Positions 37,196-46,142 of a DNA stretch of 47,005 nt are shown in pieces. The number at the start of each line of letters is the position of its first letter. Position 1 is the first letter of the stretch. This stretch comes from Polyangiaceae bacterium (GTDB taxonomy: Bacteria > Myxococcota_A > Polyangia > Polyangiales > Polyangiaceae). A model generated the notes under the pieces. That model was not told where the DNA came from. It was given only the letters and a program-made list of their open reading frames with translations, and did no database searches. The translations under genes were made by a program, and so were the position numbers. The DNA lies in contig JBGANF010000054.1 of assembly GCA_044222475.1 (NCBI GenBank), positions 1-47,005 on the forward strand, given 5' to 3'.

Positions 37196-37271
37196 AAACG
37201 AGGAATATGGGTCGGGGGCCACCCCTCCTCTTCTCTTCTCCGCAGCGAAGTGCGCTACCACAGTGCGACCG

Positions 37272-37874
37272 ATGCCTCCGCGACTCCACATCGACCGCGC
37301 GCTCGCCTCGAGCCGCGCGTCCTCCGAAGATCGCGCCGAGGTCTTCGCGCACGGCGACGACACGGTGATCGTCGTCGCCGACGGCGCTGGCGGCGTGAGC
37401 GGCGGCGGTGACGCCAGCGACCTGTTCGTCGACGCCATCCGTGCCGCGGTCGGCCGGTCGGAGCTCGACCTCGTCGCGGTCTTCGGCGCGGTCGACCGCG
37501 TGCTCGCGTCGAGGGACGCGGGCGAGACCACGGCGATCGTCGTCGTCGTCGGACCGCGCGGCCTCTCCGGCGTCAGCGTGGGCGACAGCGAGGCTTGGGT
37601 CGTCACGTCCGACGCCGTCGACGACCTCACCGCGAGTCAGACGCGAAGCCGCCTCGGCTCCGGTCGCGCCGAGCCCGTCGCCTTCACGCGCGCCACCCTC
37701 GACGGCACGCTCGTCGTCGGCACCGACGGACTCTTCAAGTACGCCTCGATCGACGCGATCGCGAAGGCCGCCCGCGAGACGGGCGACGCGACTGCGATGA
37801 TCGAGCTCGTGCGTCTGCGCTCCGGCGCGCTACCCGACGACGTAGCCGTGGTGCTCGGGCGAGCCGAAAGCTGA
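37272..37874 (+). CDS. PP2C/SpoIIE-type protein phosphatase
   Basis: EDR, VVADGAGG, TT, SVGDS, GTDGL and DDVAVV motifs. Confidence 0.88.
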   Translation: MPPRLHIDRALASSRASSEDRAEVFAHGDDTVIVVADGAGGVSGGGDASDLFVDAIRAAVGRSELDLVAVFGAVDRVLASRDAGETTAIVVVVGPRGLSGVSVGDSEAWVVTSDAVDDLTASQTRSRLGSGRAEPVAFTRATLDGTLVVGTDGLFKYASIDAIAKAARETGDATAMIELVRLRSGALPDDVAVVLGRAES

Positions 37875-37879
37875 AACTC

Positions 37880-37900
37880 GGCGGAGAGGGCGGGATTCGA
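37880..37900 (-). repeat. 21-bp direct duplicate of the tRNA-Ser 3' end (att-like)
   Basis: GGCGGAGAGGGCGGGATTCGA is identical at 37880-37900 and 37976-37996. Confidence 0.9.
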
Positions 37901-37974
37901 GCATGAGAGGGAGGCGCGAAGCGCCGACCGACTTGCCCCAAGCCCGCGCGAACCGCCGCTTCGCGAAGCGAAGC

Positions 37975-38065
<91 letters not shown>

Positions 38066-38162
38066 TTGAGTGGGGGCGCGGAAACTAGCTAAATAAGGCC
38101 CCTCGCGCAAGCCACGGGAACCGACGGCTCAGGCCGCGACTTCTGGACGGTTTTCGCCGGTT

Positions 38163-39170
38163 TCAGGCTCGGAGCGTGGCCAAGAGCGGCTCGAGCAGCA
38201 CCTGCGAAGGGCCATCCGCCGACCGCCGAAAGGCCGCGATTTCCTCGTCTCGTACGACCGCTAGCTCCGGGAATCGCTCGCCGAGCCACTGCAGCGTGCG
38301 AAACGCGAGCGCGGCGTGACGCGCCTCGTCCTCGGCGATCCCGGCGTGGAACGCGCGAAGGTCGGAGTTCTCCCCGTGAACGCTCTCCTGATCGGCGCGG
38401 GCCGCGGCCAAGGTCTCGCCGACGGCGCCGCCGCGAAAGACGTCCCGGTAGAGGTCCGCGGCCGCGCCGGGGCCCGCGCGAAGCGGCGCCACCGCCTCCG
38501 GGAGCGGTCCCGGTCGCCACGTGCCGCCGCCCAGGCGCTCCACCCAGGCGAAGGTGTCGTCGGCGTGGCGCACTTCGTCGGCGAGCGCTCGCGCCGTCGC
38601 CCCGAGGAGCCACGTCGGCGCACCGAGCGCCGTCAGCTCGCACAGCGTGCGCGCGAACGCCGCGATGCTCGCGTGCTCCTCGAGCGCAGCGGCGCGCATT
38701 CGTACCAGTTTGGGATGATCGCTCCCGAGCCCAATCGCTGCCGCCACGCGCGCTTCGCCCGAGACCACGAGCGGCCGGCCTTCGTAGATCGGCACCTGCG
38801 CTTGGCACGTCCCCGTCTTGCTGAAGTTCGCTCCGTTGAAACCGAGCGCACAGTAGTACCCACCGCAGTCCGCTTCGGTGCGGCACGTCTTGCCGATCTT
38901 GGACGGGTCTTTCCCGGCGGAGCTCACCGCGGACGGTTTCGTCGTGGGCACCGTCGCGACGCTCGCCGTCGCCGTCGCGGTCGCCGACGCAGACGCCGTC
39001 GCCGTGACGGTCGCGCTCGGCGTCGCCGTCGCCGAAGCCGGTGCGCTCGCCGTCGCCGTCGCCGTCGTGACCGCGGTCGCCGTCGCGGTGGGCTCCCCTT
39101 CCGCCGGCCTGCAGCCTCCGAGCGCCGCGAGGTTCATCAACACGAGCGAAGTGACTGCCGTGGTCCTCAT
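38163..39170 (-). CDS. lipoprotein with Thr/Ala linker, Cys-rich module and C-terminal ferritin-like diiron domain
   Basis: Lipobox LGGC; (TA)n linker; KTCRTEADCGGYYC...GTC; GRPLVV; ligands ALEEHAS, ADEVRH, AVGETLA, EDEARH. Start reassigned within ORF 38163..40025. Confidence 0.85.
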   Translation of the reverse strand: MRTTAVTSLVLMNLAALGGCRPAEGEPTATATAVTTATATASAPASATATPSATVTATASASATATATASVATVPTTKPSAVSSAGKDPSKIGKTCRTEADCGGYYCALGFNGANFSKTGTCQAQVPIYEGRPLVVSGEARVAAAIGLGSDHPKLVRMRAAALEEHASIAAFARTLCELTALGAPTWLLGATARALADEVRHADDTFAWVERLGGGTWRPGPLPEAVAPLRAGPGAAADLYRDVFRGGAVGETLAAARADQESVHGENSDLRAFHAGIAEDEARHAALAFRTLQWLGERFPELAVVRDEEIAAFRRSADGPSQVLLEPLLATLRA

Positions 39171-39251
39171 GCCGACCACGGTAGCAAACACGCACCGCCG
39201 CGATCTGGGGCATTTTGCCCGGGGTCCGACGAAAGGCGCTATCTTCAGCCC

Positions 39252-40373
39252 ATGCGGACCGTCCGCTGGTCGCCGAACACGAAGCTCCCGCGCGCAAGCT
39301 GGGTGCTCGTGTACGCGACGGTCGACGCTCCACTCGAAGCCGCGCTGCGAGACGTGGCGGACGCCGCGCCCGGCGCGATGGTCTTCGGGTGCACGTCGTT
39401 CCGCGGCGTCTTCTGCCCGACGGGGTTCGAGCGCGGAGTCCACCTGCTCGTCGGTGAAGCGGACGACGCACGAGCCGTCGCGCGCGTCCGCGCGACGACC
39501 TCCACCGACGCCCAGTCGGACGCCCGCGCCGCCGCGACCGAGATCGCCAACGAGCTCGGACGCAAACCCGACGTGCTTCTGTTGCACGCCACGCCGGGCT
39601 TCGAAGAGCGCGTGCTCGCCGGGATCGACGACGCGATGCAGGGCTCGGTCCCCGTCTACGGCGGCAGCGCCGCCGACGACGATCTCAGCGGCAAGTGGTC
39701 GGTGTTCGCCGGCACGCAGATCGAGCGCGAAGGCTTCGTCCTCGCTGGCTTCACCTCGTCCCGCGAGATCCACGGCTCGTTCATCGCCGGCTACACGCCG
39801 ACGGGACAGAAGGGGAAGATCACCGCGGCGAACGGACGCGTCGTGACGACGATCGACGGACAGCCCGCGGCCGCAGTCTACGATCGCTGGACGAACGGAA
39901 AGATTCGCTCGAAGCTCGGAGGCGGCGTCGTACTCGCCGAGACGTCGCTCGATCCGATCGGCCGCCTCGTCGATCGCGTCGGGCAGGTGCCGCGCTTCCT
40001 CCTCTCGCATCTGCACGAGGTCCACGCCGACGGATCAATCTCGTTCTTCACCGAGATGGCGGTCGGCGACGAGATCGTCCTGATGCTCGGCTCCGAAGCC
40101 TCGCTCCTCGAACGAACACGGCAGGTCGCGCAGCGCGCGCTCGGGAGTGGCCCGGCCCACCTCGCCGGTGGAGTCCTCATCTACTGCGGGGGATGCGTCG
40201 GCGCGATCGGCGACGCGAGCTCTGCCGAAGTCGCGAAGATCTTCGGCGAGCGCATCGGCGGCGTTCCGTTCGTCGGCGCCGCAACCTATGGCGAGCAGGG
40301 CTGTTTTCCCGGCCCGCGCTCCACCAACCGCCACGGCAACCTGATGTGCGACGCCATCCTCTTCGATCGCTGA
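39252..40373 (+). CDS. FIST domain (NosP-like) sensory protein
   Basis: FGCTS, PGFEE, PVYGGSAADD, V.TIDGQPAA.VY, IYCGGC, TYGEQG, RHGNLM. Confidence 0.88.
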   Translation: MRTVRWSPNTKLPRASWVLVYATVDAPLEAALRDVADAAPGAMVFGCTSFRGVFCPTGFERGVHLLVGEADDARAVARVRATTSTDAQSDARAAATEIANELGRKPDVLLLHATPGFEERVLAGIDDAMQGSVPVYGGSAADDDLSGKWSVFAGTQIEREGFVLAGFTSSREIHGSFIAGYTPTGQKGKITAANGRVVTTIDGQPAAAVYDRWTNGKIRSKLGGGVVLAETSLDPIGRLVDRVGQVPRFLLSHLHEVHADGSISFFTEMAVGDEIVLMLGSEASLLERTRQVAQRALGSGPAHLAGGVLIYCGGCVGAIGDASSAEVAKIFGERIGGVPFVGAATYGEQGCFPGPRSTNRHGNLMCDAILFDR

Positions 40374-40430
40374 ACGGCGACGCGCAGCCCTTGCGTTCTT
40401 CATGCATCGTGGGCAGGTTTCGAAGCAGGG

Positions 40431-41006
40431 ATGGCAATCGCGGGCATTTTGAGCGCGTTCGGCCTTTCGGGATCGGCCGGTCTCAACGCCTACATCCCGC
40501 TGATGCTCGTCGCCATCCTCGGGCGAACGGGTGTCATTCACCTGAGTGAGCCGTTCGACGTCCTGACCCGCTGGTGGGCGATGACCATCATCGGCGTCCT
40601 CCTGTTGATCGAGCTGATCGTCGACAAGATTCCCGGCGCCGATCACGTCAACGACATCGTGCAGACCTTCGTTCGCCCCGCTGCCGGCGCGATCCTCTTC
40701 GCCGCGAGCGCCGGCGTCATCACCGACATGCACCCCGCGGTGCCGCTCGTCTGCGGTCTCCTGATCGCGTTCAGCGTGCACGCGACCAAGGCAGCAGCGC
40801 GGCCGGTGGTCAACGCGAGCACGCTCGGGCTCGGCGCACCGGTGGTGAGCGTGATCGAGGACATCGTGGCGACCGTCACGTCGTTCGTCGCCGTGTTCCT
40901 CCCGTTCATCATCCTCGCGTTCGTGCTCCTGTTCGGCGGCGCTGCGTTCTGGGTCTTCTCGCGGCGGCGCAAGCAGAAGCTGGCGAAAGCCGCCGCCGCC
41001 GCGTGA
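40431..41006 (+). CDS. DUF4126 family membrane protein
   Basis: FGLSGSAGLNAYIPL, E..VDKIPG.DH..D, RPAAGA, PVVSVIED. Confidence 0.85.
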   Translation: MAIAGILSAFGLSGSAGLNAYIPLMLVAILGRTGVIHLSEPFDVLTRWWAMTIIGVLLLIELIVDKIPGADHVNDIVQTFVRPAAGAILFAASAGVITDMHPAVPLVCGLLIAFSVHATKAAARPVVNASTLGLGAPVVSVIEDIVATVTSFVAVFLPFIILAFVLLFGGAAFWVFSRRRKQKLAKAAAAA

Positions 41007-41010
41007 GGCG

Positions 41011-43167
41011 TCACTCGCCGCGGAACGGTCGCTGCCACGCGGGGCGAGGAACTCGCGTCTTCTCGAGCTGACCGCGGAAGACGGCGTCCGTCGTGCGGAG
41101 CGACTGCGCCCGCTCGACGAACGGAACGTGCACCCCGACGAACGCCACCGGAGTCGGCGTTCCGGGGACGTGGAGCGCGAACACCGCTTCTTCGACGAAA
41201 TCGGTCCCAACCTCGAGGAAGCGCTTGCCGACGACGTCGCCGTGCACCACCGCGATGGTCGGCGTCGCGGCGGGTTGGCCGAGGCGCTTCTCGATGTTCG
41301 CGATCGCGAGCGGCATCTCGTCGAGCGTCTTCGCGTCCTTCGCGCCGAGCGGCGAGCCGCCGGCTTCGCGGAGGCTGATGTCGAACGCGTCGAGGAGCAG
41401 CGTCTCGAGGCGGGCGAGCAGCGTGTCGGTGGGTCCCGACGGCGCCAGCACCGAAAGCGCGGCGAGCCCGCGCCGCAGCTGGCGCGTCGCCCCGAGTAGC
41501 CGCGCGAGCGCCTCCGGGTGAGGCTCGATGAACGCGATCGTCCCCTCACGCGGCTCGGCGGTGTCGTCGATCACCTCGTGCGCGCGCGCTCCGCTGAACG
41601 GCAGCGTCGCATGGCGTAGGCGCGCCCACGCGGCGAGCACGGTGGCGACCTTGCGGCGCCGCCACGGTACGGCGGCGCTCGCCGGCTGGGCGACGTCCTC
41701 GGCCGACGGCTTCAGGTACGACGCGAACGCGTCGAGCAGCGAGAGGTACACCGTCCGGTGGCGACCCGCCGGATCGGGCGGCAGCGACTTCGCCGCGAGG
41801 GCGTCGAGCACGGACTCGAAGCGTTCGTACGCGTCGTCTCCCGTCTCGTGGAGGATCTCGCGCGCATCGATCGAGCCGACGGCCGCAGCGAGGTCGAGCG
41901 CCGTCGGGAGGGTGCGCGCCTTGTCGTGCAGCGTCGATGGTGTCGTCGTACCAAAGTGGGATCCCACGTGTGGACTAACGAGCTTCGACAGCGCGACGGT
42001 GTCCGGCGGTGCGCTGGATCCGAGGAGGCGAAAGGTCACGACGGGCGACTCGAGGTCGGTCTCGCCCGGGACCGAGACCCCGAGATCGTTGACGCGCGCG
42101 CGCGTGCCGGGCTCGCTCGCCGCAGCGCGGAGACGAAGCTGGTCGACCTTGGCGACGTTGACGAACGTCGCTCCGTCGCGAAGATCGACCTGAGCGTCGA
42201 CGGCGAGACGGCCGAAGAGCCTGGGCTCCCAGTCGTCGGGGAGGCCGAAGAGGAAGCTCTCGACGTCCGCGATTCGTGCGTACGCGGCGGCGGCCGGCGG
42301 CTCGAGCTCGGCGGCGAGGGCGTGGGTCAGGAGCATCGCGGCCCTCGTCTGGGTGCGCTGAGCGGTCACGTCGACCGGCGGTCGAGCGGGCGGACGCACC
42401 GCGAGCACCATCGCGGCTTCGGCGAGCCACGTGCGCGCGCGAAAGGCGGCGAGCGCGGCTTCGTCGCTCGGGAGCCCGCCTTGGACGTCGAACTGCGAGT
42501 AGTCGACGGTGCGACCGAGGATCTCGCTCGGCGCTTGCCCGAGGTGGGCGGAGATGCGTTGGACCTCACCCCGGATGGCTGCGGCTTCGATCGGTCCAGG
42601 TTTGAAGCTCTTGTCGAGGAGCACGCGCGCGACTCCGAGGACTCCGCGCGCGAACGCATACGCGGCGGCCGTGTCGCTTCGTGAGCTTCGCTCTTCGCCC
42701 GCGAGGCGATCGTCGACGAGCGGCAGGATCTTCCGCATGTCGGGCTCGATGATCGTCGCCTCGGCTTCGGCGATCGCCGCGGCGTACACGTCGACGACGA
42801 GCGCGGCCAGCGTATCGAACGTGATCACGTAGGGCGTCTTCTCCGCGCGCGCTCGCGTGTAGGTCGCGGCGAGCCTGGACTCGTGGGCATCGCTCCGCCG
42901 GACGAGGACACCGGCATCGCGCAGGTGAGCCTGCTCCGCTTCGCCGAGCCCGTCGTACACCGCGAGCCCCGTGAGCGATTTCTCGTCGAAGGGAAGACGC
43001 GTCGTGGCCGGGACCGCGAGCACCGAGACCGGCACCTCCTCCCAGAACGACCCGTCGTTCGCGATGGGGTCCGTGCGCGGAGGCGGAGGAGGATGCAAGA
43101 TGGGTGGCGTCACCACCGGCGCCGGGCTGCAGCGGGCCACGGCGACCGCGGCGACGGTCGCAGCCAT
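41011..43167 (-). CDS. DUF3160-like secreted/lipoprotein
   Basis: PYVITFD, DYSQF, FRARTWL, LAAWARLRHAT and FIEPHPE resemble DUF3160 motifs; start is ATG 43167 or TTG 43197. Confidence 0.65.
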   Translation of the reverse strand: MAATVAAVAVARCSPAPVVTPPILHPPPPPRTDPIANDGSFWEEVPVSVLAVPATTRLPFDEKSLTGLAVYDGLGEAEQAHLRDAGVLVRRSDAHESRLAATYTRARAEKTPYVITFDTLAALVVDVYAAAIAEAEATIIEPDMRKILPLVDDRLAGEERSSRSDTAAAYAFARGVLGVARVLLDKSFKPGPIEAAAIRGEVQRISAHLGQAPSEILGRTVDYSQFDVQGGLPSDEAALAAFRARTWLAEAAMVLAVRPPARPPVDVTAQRTQTRAAMLLTHALAAELEPPAAAAYARIADVESFLFGLPDDWEPRLFGRLAVDAQVDLRDGATFVNVAKVDQLRLRAAASEPGTRARVNDLGVSVPGETDLESPVVTFRLLGSSAPPDTVALSKLVSPHVGSHFGTTTPSTLHDKARTLPTALDLAAAVGSIDAREILHETGDDAYERFESVLDALAAKSLPPDPAGRHRTVYLSLLDAFASYLKPSAEDVAQPASAAVPWRRRKVATVLAAWARLRHATLPFSGARAHEVIDDTAEPREGTIAFIEPHPEALARLLGATRQLRRGLAALSVLAPSGPTDTLLARLETLLLDAFDISLREAGGSPLGAKDAKTLDEMPLAIANIEKRLGQPAATPTIAVVHGDVVGKRFLEVGTDFVEEAVFALHVPGTPTPVAFVGVHVPFVERAQSLRTTDAVFRGQLEKTRVPRPAWQRPFRGE

Positions 43168-43233
43168 CGTGCTGCGGAATCGAAAAAAAGCCTTCAACGT
43201 CGCTACCCGCCAAACTACACACCCGAGAGACGA

Positions 43234-43482
43234 ATGGCGAAAAAGAAACCTCCGCCGAAGACCTTGCGACGGCCGGAAGCCGCTCTATCCGGGCTGGGCG
43301 TCGGGAGTCTCGTTCGCATCGTGCTGCTCGCCACGCTCGGGATCGGGGGCGCGGTCGTCGCGCTGTGGGTGCACTATCACCCGGCAAAGCCGTATGCGCG
43401 GCCGGCTGCAAGCGGGAGTGGGAGTGGGAGTGACGGCATCCAGTACATCGACATCGACATCGACGCGTCGGTGCTACCTTGA
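43234..43482 (+). CDS. small single-pass membrane protein
   Basis: MAKKKPPPK...LVRIVLLATLGIGGAVVALWVHY...; ends 18 nt before queE. Confidence 0.6.
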   Translation: MAKKKPPPKTLRRPEAALSGLGVGSLVRIVLLATLGIGGAVVALWVHYHPAKPYARPAASGSGSGSDGIQYIDIDIDASVLP

Positions 43483-43500
43483 CTGGCATCGACGGCTGAA

Positions 43501-44157
43501 ATGGCCAAGGAAGACACGCTCGTCATCCACGAGATCTACTCGAGCATCCAAGGCGAATCGACGTTCGCCGGGCTGCCCTGCACGTTCGTGCGCACGACGG
43601 GCTGCAACCTCCGGTGCACCTGGTGCGACACGCCGCAGGCGTTCTACGGCGGCACGCGCATGCGCCGCGAGGAGGTGCTCGCGAAGGCCCTGGCGACGGG
43701 TACCGAGCTCGTCGAGCTCACCGGCGGCGAGCCGCTGCTCCAGCCCGGCGTCATCCCGCTCCTCGCCGAGCTGTGCGATCGCGGTCGCACGGTCCTCATC
43801 GAGACGAGCGGCGAGGCCGACGTGTCGGCGGTCGACCCGCGCGTACACAAGATCATGGACCTCAAGGCGCCCGCGTCGGGCGAATCCGCGCGCAATCGGT
43901 GGTCGAACCTCGAGCACCTCACCCCGCGCGACGAGATCAAGTTCGTCCTGACCGACCGCGGCGACTACGAGTGGATGCGCGACGTCATCCGCACGCGCGT
44001 GCTCGCCGAGCGCACGCCGAAGCTCCTCGCGAGCACGGTGTTCGGCAAGCTCGCTCCCCGCGAGCTCATCGCGTGGGTGCTCGAGGACAAGCTCCCGGTT
44101 CGCGTGCAGCTGCAGATGCACAAGTACGTGTGGGCGCCCGAGACTCAGGGCGTGTGA
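43501..44157 (+). CDS. queE: 7-carboxy-7-deazaguanine synthase (radical SAM)
   Basis: EIYSSIQGE, FVRTTGCNLRCTWCDT, TGGEPLLQ, ETSG, QMHKYVW. Confidence 0.9.
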   Translation: MAKEDTLVIHEIYSSIQGESTFAGLPCTFVRTTGCNLRCTWCDTPQAFYGGTRMRREEVLAKALATGTELVELTGGEPLLQPGVIPLLAELCDRGRTVLIETSGEADVSAVDPRVHKIMDLKAPASGESARNRWSNLEHLTPRDEIKFVLTDRGDYEWMRDVIRTRVLAERTPKLLASTVFGKLAPRELIAWVLEDKLPVRVQLQMHKYVWAPETQGV

Positions 44158-44160
44158 GCC

Positions 44161-44970
44161 TCACTTCGGCGGGGGCTGCGCCATGCCGGGCGGGAGCTTC
44201 ACCCCCGGCGGGAGCTTGAACCCCGGCGGCAAGATCGAGCCAGCGCCACCGGCAGTCGCGCCGGGGCCGACGCCGAGGAGGTTGCCGAGGTCCATCTCGT
44301 GATAGCCGGCGGGCACCACGAACTGCGACGCGTCGAGCGACTTGCGCTCGACCTTGGTGACCTCCATCCGCATCTCTTCGGCGCCGCTCGCGTCGTAGCG
44401 GACCATCTTGAGCGGGAACTGCTTCGCCGCGACGAGCTTCTGCGTCCAGTCACCGGCCGCGTCGCGCGGGCTGCCGAACGCGAAGCTCAGTCCGTCGGTG
44501 ACGCAGGCTTCGGACTTCTTGCCCTTCTGCTCGACGGTCCAGTCCTCGCAGTCGTAGCCGGCGACGGTCTCGTGCTTGCCGGTCTTCGTGATCTTCGGCT
44601 CGTCCGCCGGGGTGGGCGCGACGGCGGGCTTCGCGTCCGGATCGATCGTCATGACCATCTTCTGCGTGTCGTTGATCATGTACGTCTTGTGCGTCGTCGT
44701 ATCGACGAGGACCCAACCGCCGCCGATGCCGGCGTTGGCCGGCAAGTCGTAGCGGAGCTTGTCGCCCTTGAAGCGGTACACGATGCTCGTCTTCGGCATC
44801 ATCTTGCTGGACACGTCCGAGGTGACCTCGCCTTCGAACGCCGCGCCGCCGAGGAACGAGAGCGCCTTCTGCGCGAGTGACGGCTCGGCGGCGGCGTCGG
44901 CGCCAGACGCGCCGGTCTTGCACGCGGCGACCGAGACGGCGACGAGCGAGACGAACAGGATTTTTCGCAT
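44161..44970 (-). CDS. DUF4412-like lipoprotein
   Basis: Lipobox VAAC; FEG, KTGKHETVAGYDCE, FPLK, F.VPAGY. Confidence 0.75.
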   Translation of the reverse strand: MRKILFVSLVAVSVAACKTGASGADAAAEPSLAQKALSFLGGAAFEGEVTSDVSSKMMPKTSIVYRFKGDKLRYDLPANAGIGGGWVLVDTTTHKTYMINDTQKMVMTIDPDAKPAVAPTPADEPKITKTGKHETVAGYDCEDWTVEQKGKKSEACVTDGLSFAFGSPRDAAGDWTQKLVAAKQFPLKMVRYDASGAEEMRMEVTKVERKSLDASQFVVPAGYHEMDLGNLLGVGPGATAGGAGSILPPGFKLPPGVKLPPGMAQPPPK

Positions 44971-44979
44971 GGTGTGCTC

Positions 44980-46011
44980 CTACCGCTTCCCGGAGGAAAA
45001 TTCGCCGAAGATCTTCACGTCTTCCTTCGAGCCGAGAACGAGCGCCGTGCGCTGATGCATCTTCGTCGGCGCGATGTCGAGGATCGCGTTCTCACCGTCG
45101 GTCGCGGCGCCGCCCGCCGCTTCGAAGATGAACGCCATCGGGTTCGCCTCGTACAGGAGGCGCAGCTTCCCGTCGGGGCTCTTCGAGTCGCGCGGGTACG
45201 CGAAGATGCCGCCCTTGAGGAGCGTGCGGTGCGCGTCGGCGACGAGCGAGCCGACGTAGCGGTGGCCATACGGGCGACCGTCGGCCTTGTCCTCGGCCTT
45301 GACCCACGCGTCCCAGTTCTGGATGCCCTTGGACCAGCGCGAGTAGTTGCCTTCGTTCACGCTGAACGTCGTCGCGCGGGCGGGGCAGCGGATGTTCGCC
45401 TGCGAGAGGAAGAACTCGCCGACGTTCGGATCGAGGGTGAACCCGTGGACGCCCTGACCGGTCGACAGGACGAAGGACGTCGACGGCCCGTAGACCGAGT
45501 ACCCCGCGGCGATGAGATCGCGCCCCGGGCGCAGCGCTTCGTTCACGCTCGGCGGCGACGTCGGATCCGTGCGGCGGAGGACGGCGAAGATCGTCCCGAT
45601 CGACACGTTGGTGTCGATGTTGCTCGACCCGTCGAGCGGATCGAAGAGGACGACGTACTTGCCCGGGTGGCCGGCGGTGCGCGCGGTGTCGAGCTCCTCC
45701 GAGCCGATGATCCCGCAGTGGCCGCTCCGCTCGAGGACGTTGATGAGCACCTCGTTGGCGAACTCGTCGAGCTTCTGGACGGCCTCGCCCTGGACGTTCG
45801 TCTCGCCGGTGTAGCCGAGCATGTTCGCGAGCCCGGCGCTGCGCACGCGACTCGCGATGATGCGAATCGCGAGCGAGATGTGGCTCAGCAGCGACGTGAA
45901 CTCCCCGGTGGCGCCTGGGGCAGCGCGCATTCCCGCAAGGACGTGGTCGCGCAGGGTGGTCCCCAACACCGGCGCGACCGAGGGCGGAATGTGTGACAGC
46001 GGCTCGGTCAT
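44980..46011 (-). CDS. fbp: class 1 fructose-1,6-bisphosphatase
   Basis: NVQGE.VQKLD, SEE, FDPLDGSSNID.N.SIGTIF, RYVGSLVAD.HRTL, GKLRLLYEANPM. Confidence 0.96.
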   Translation of the reverse strand: MTEPLSHIPPSVAPVLGTTLRDHVLAGMRAAPGATGEFTSLLSHISLAIRIIASRVRSAGLANMLGYTGETNVQGEAVQKLDEFANEVLINVLERSGHCGIIGSEELDTARTAGHPGKYVVLFDPLDGSSNIDTNVSIGTIFAVLRRTDPTSPPSVNEALRPGRDLIAAGYSVYGPSTSFVLSTGQGVHGFTLDPNVGEFFLSQANIRCPARATTFSVNEGNYSRWSKGIQNWDAWVKAEDKADGRPYGHRYVGSLVADAHRTLLKGGIFAYPRDSKSPDGKLRLLYEANPMAFIFEAAGGAATDGENAILDIAPTKMHQRTALVLGSKEDVKIFGEFSSGKR

Positions 46012-46142
46012 GGCCCCCGTTGTCGCGGGCTCTTGGGGTTCCCGCAAGAGCCGGGGCGTCACTCATTCATGAGTTACGCTCCACCCTTGTCGCACCGCGG
46101 GCACTTGAGTACGTTTCGCCTGTTCTCGAAGGAGCTTTCCCC

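Noticed and set aside
38960..39090. GCCGTC-type tandem repeats
   Set aside because: Encode the Thr/Ala linker of the ferritin-like lipoprotein on the minus strand.
39181..39200. sigma54-like motif upstream of the ferritin-like lipoprotein (minus strand CGGTGCGTGTTTGCT)
   Set aside because: GG-to-GC spacing is 9 nt rather than the required 10.
43501..44157. queE as a marker of a 7-deazaguanine DNA-modification (dpd) island
   Set aside because: No dpdA/tgt-like, queC, queD or folE genes nearby; most simply a dispersed queuosine-pathway gene.
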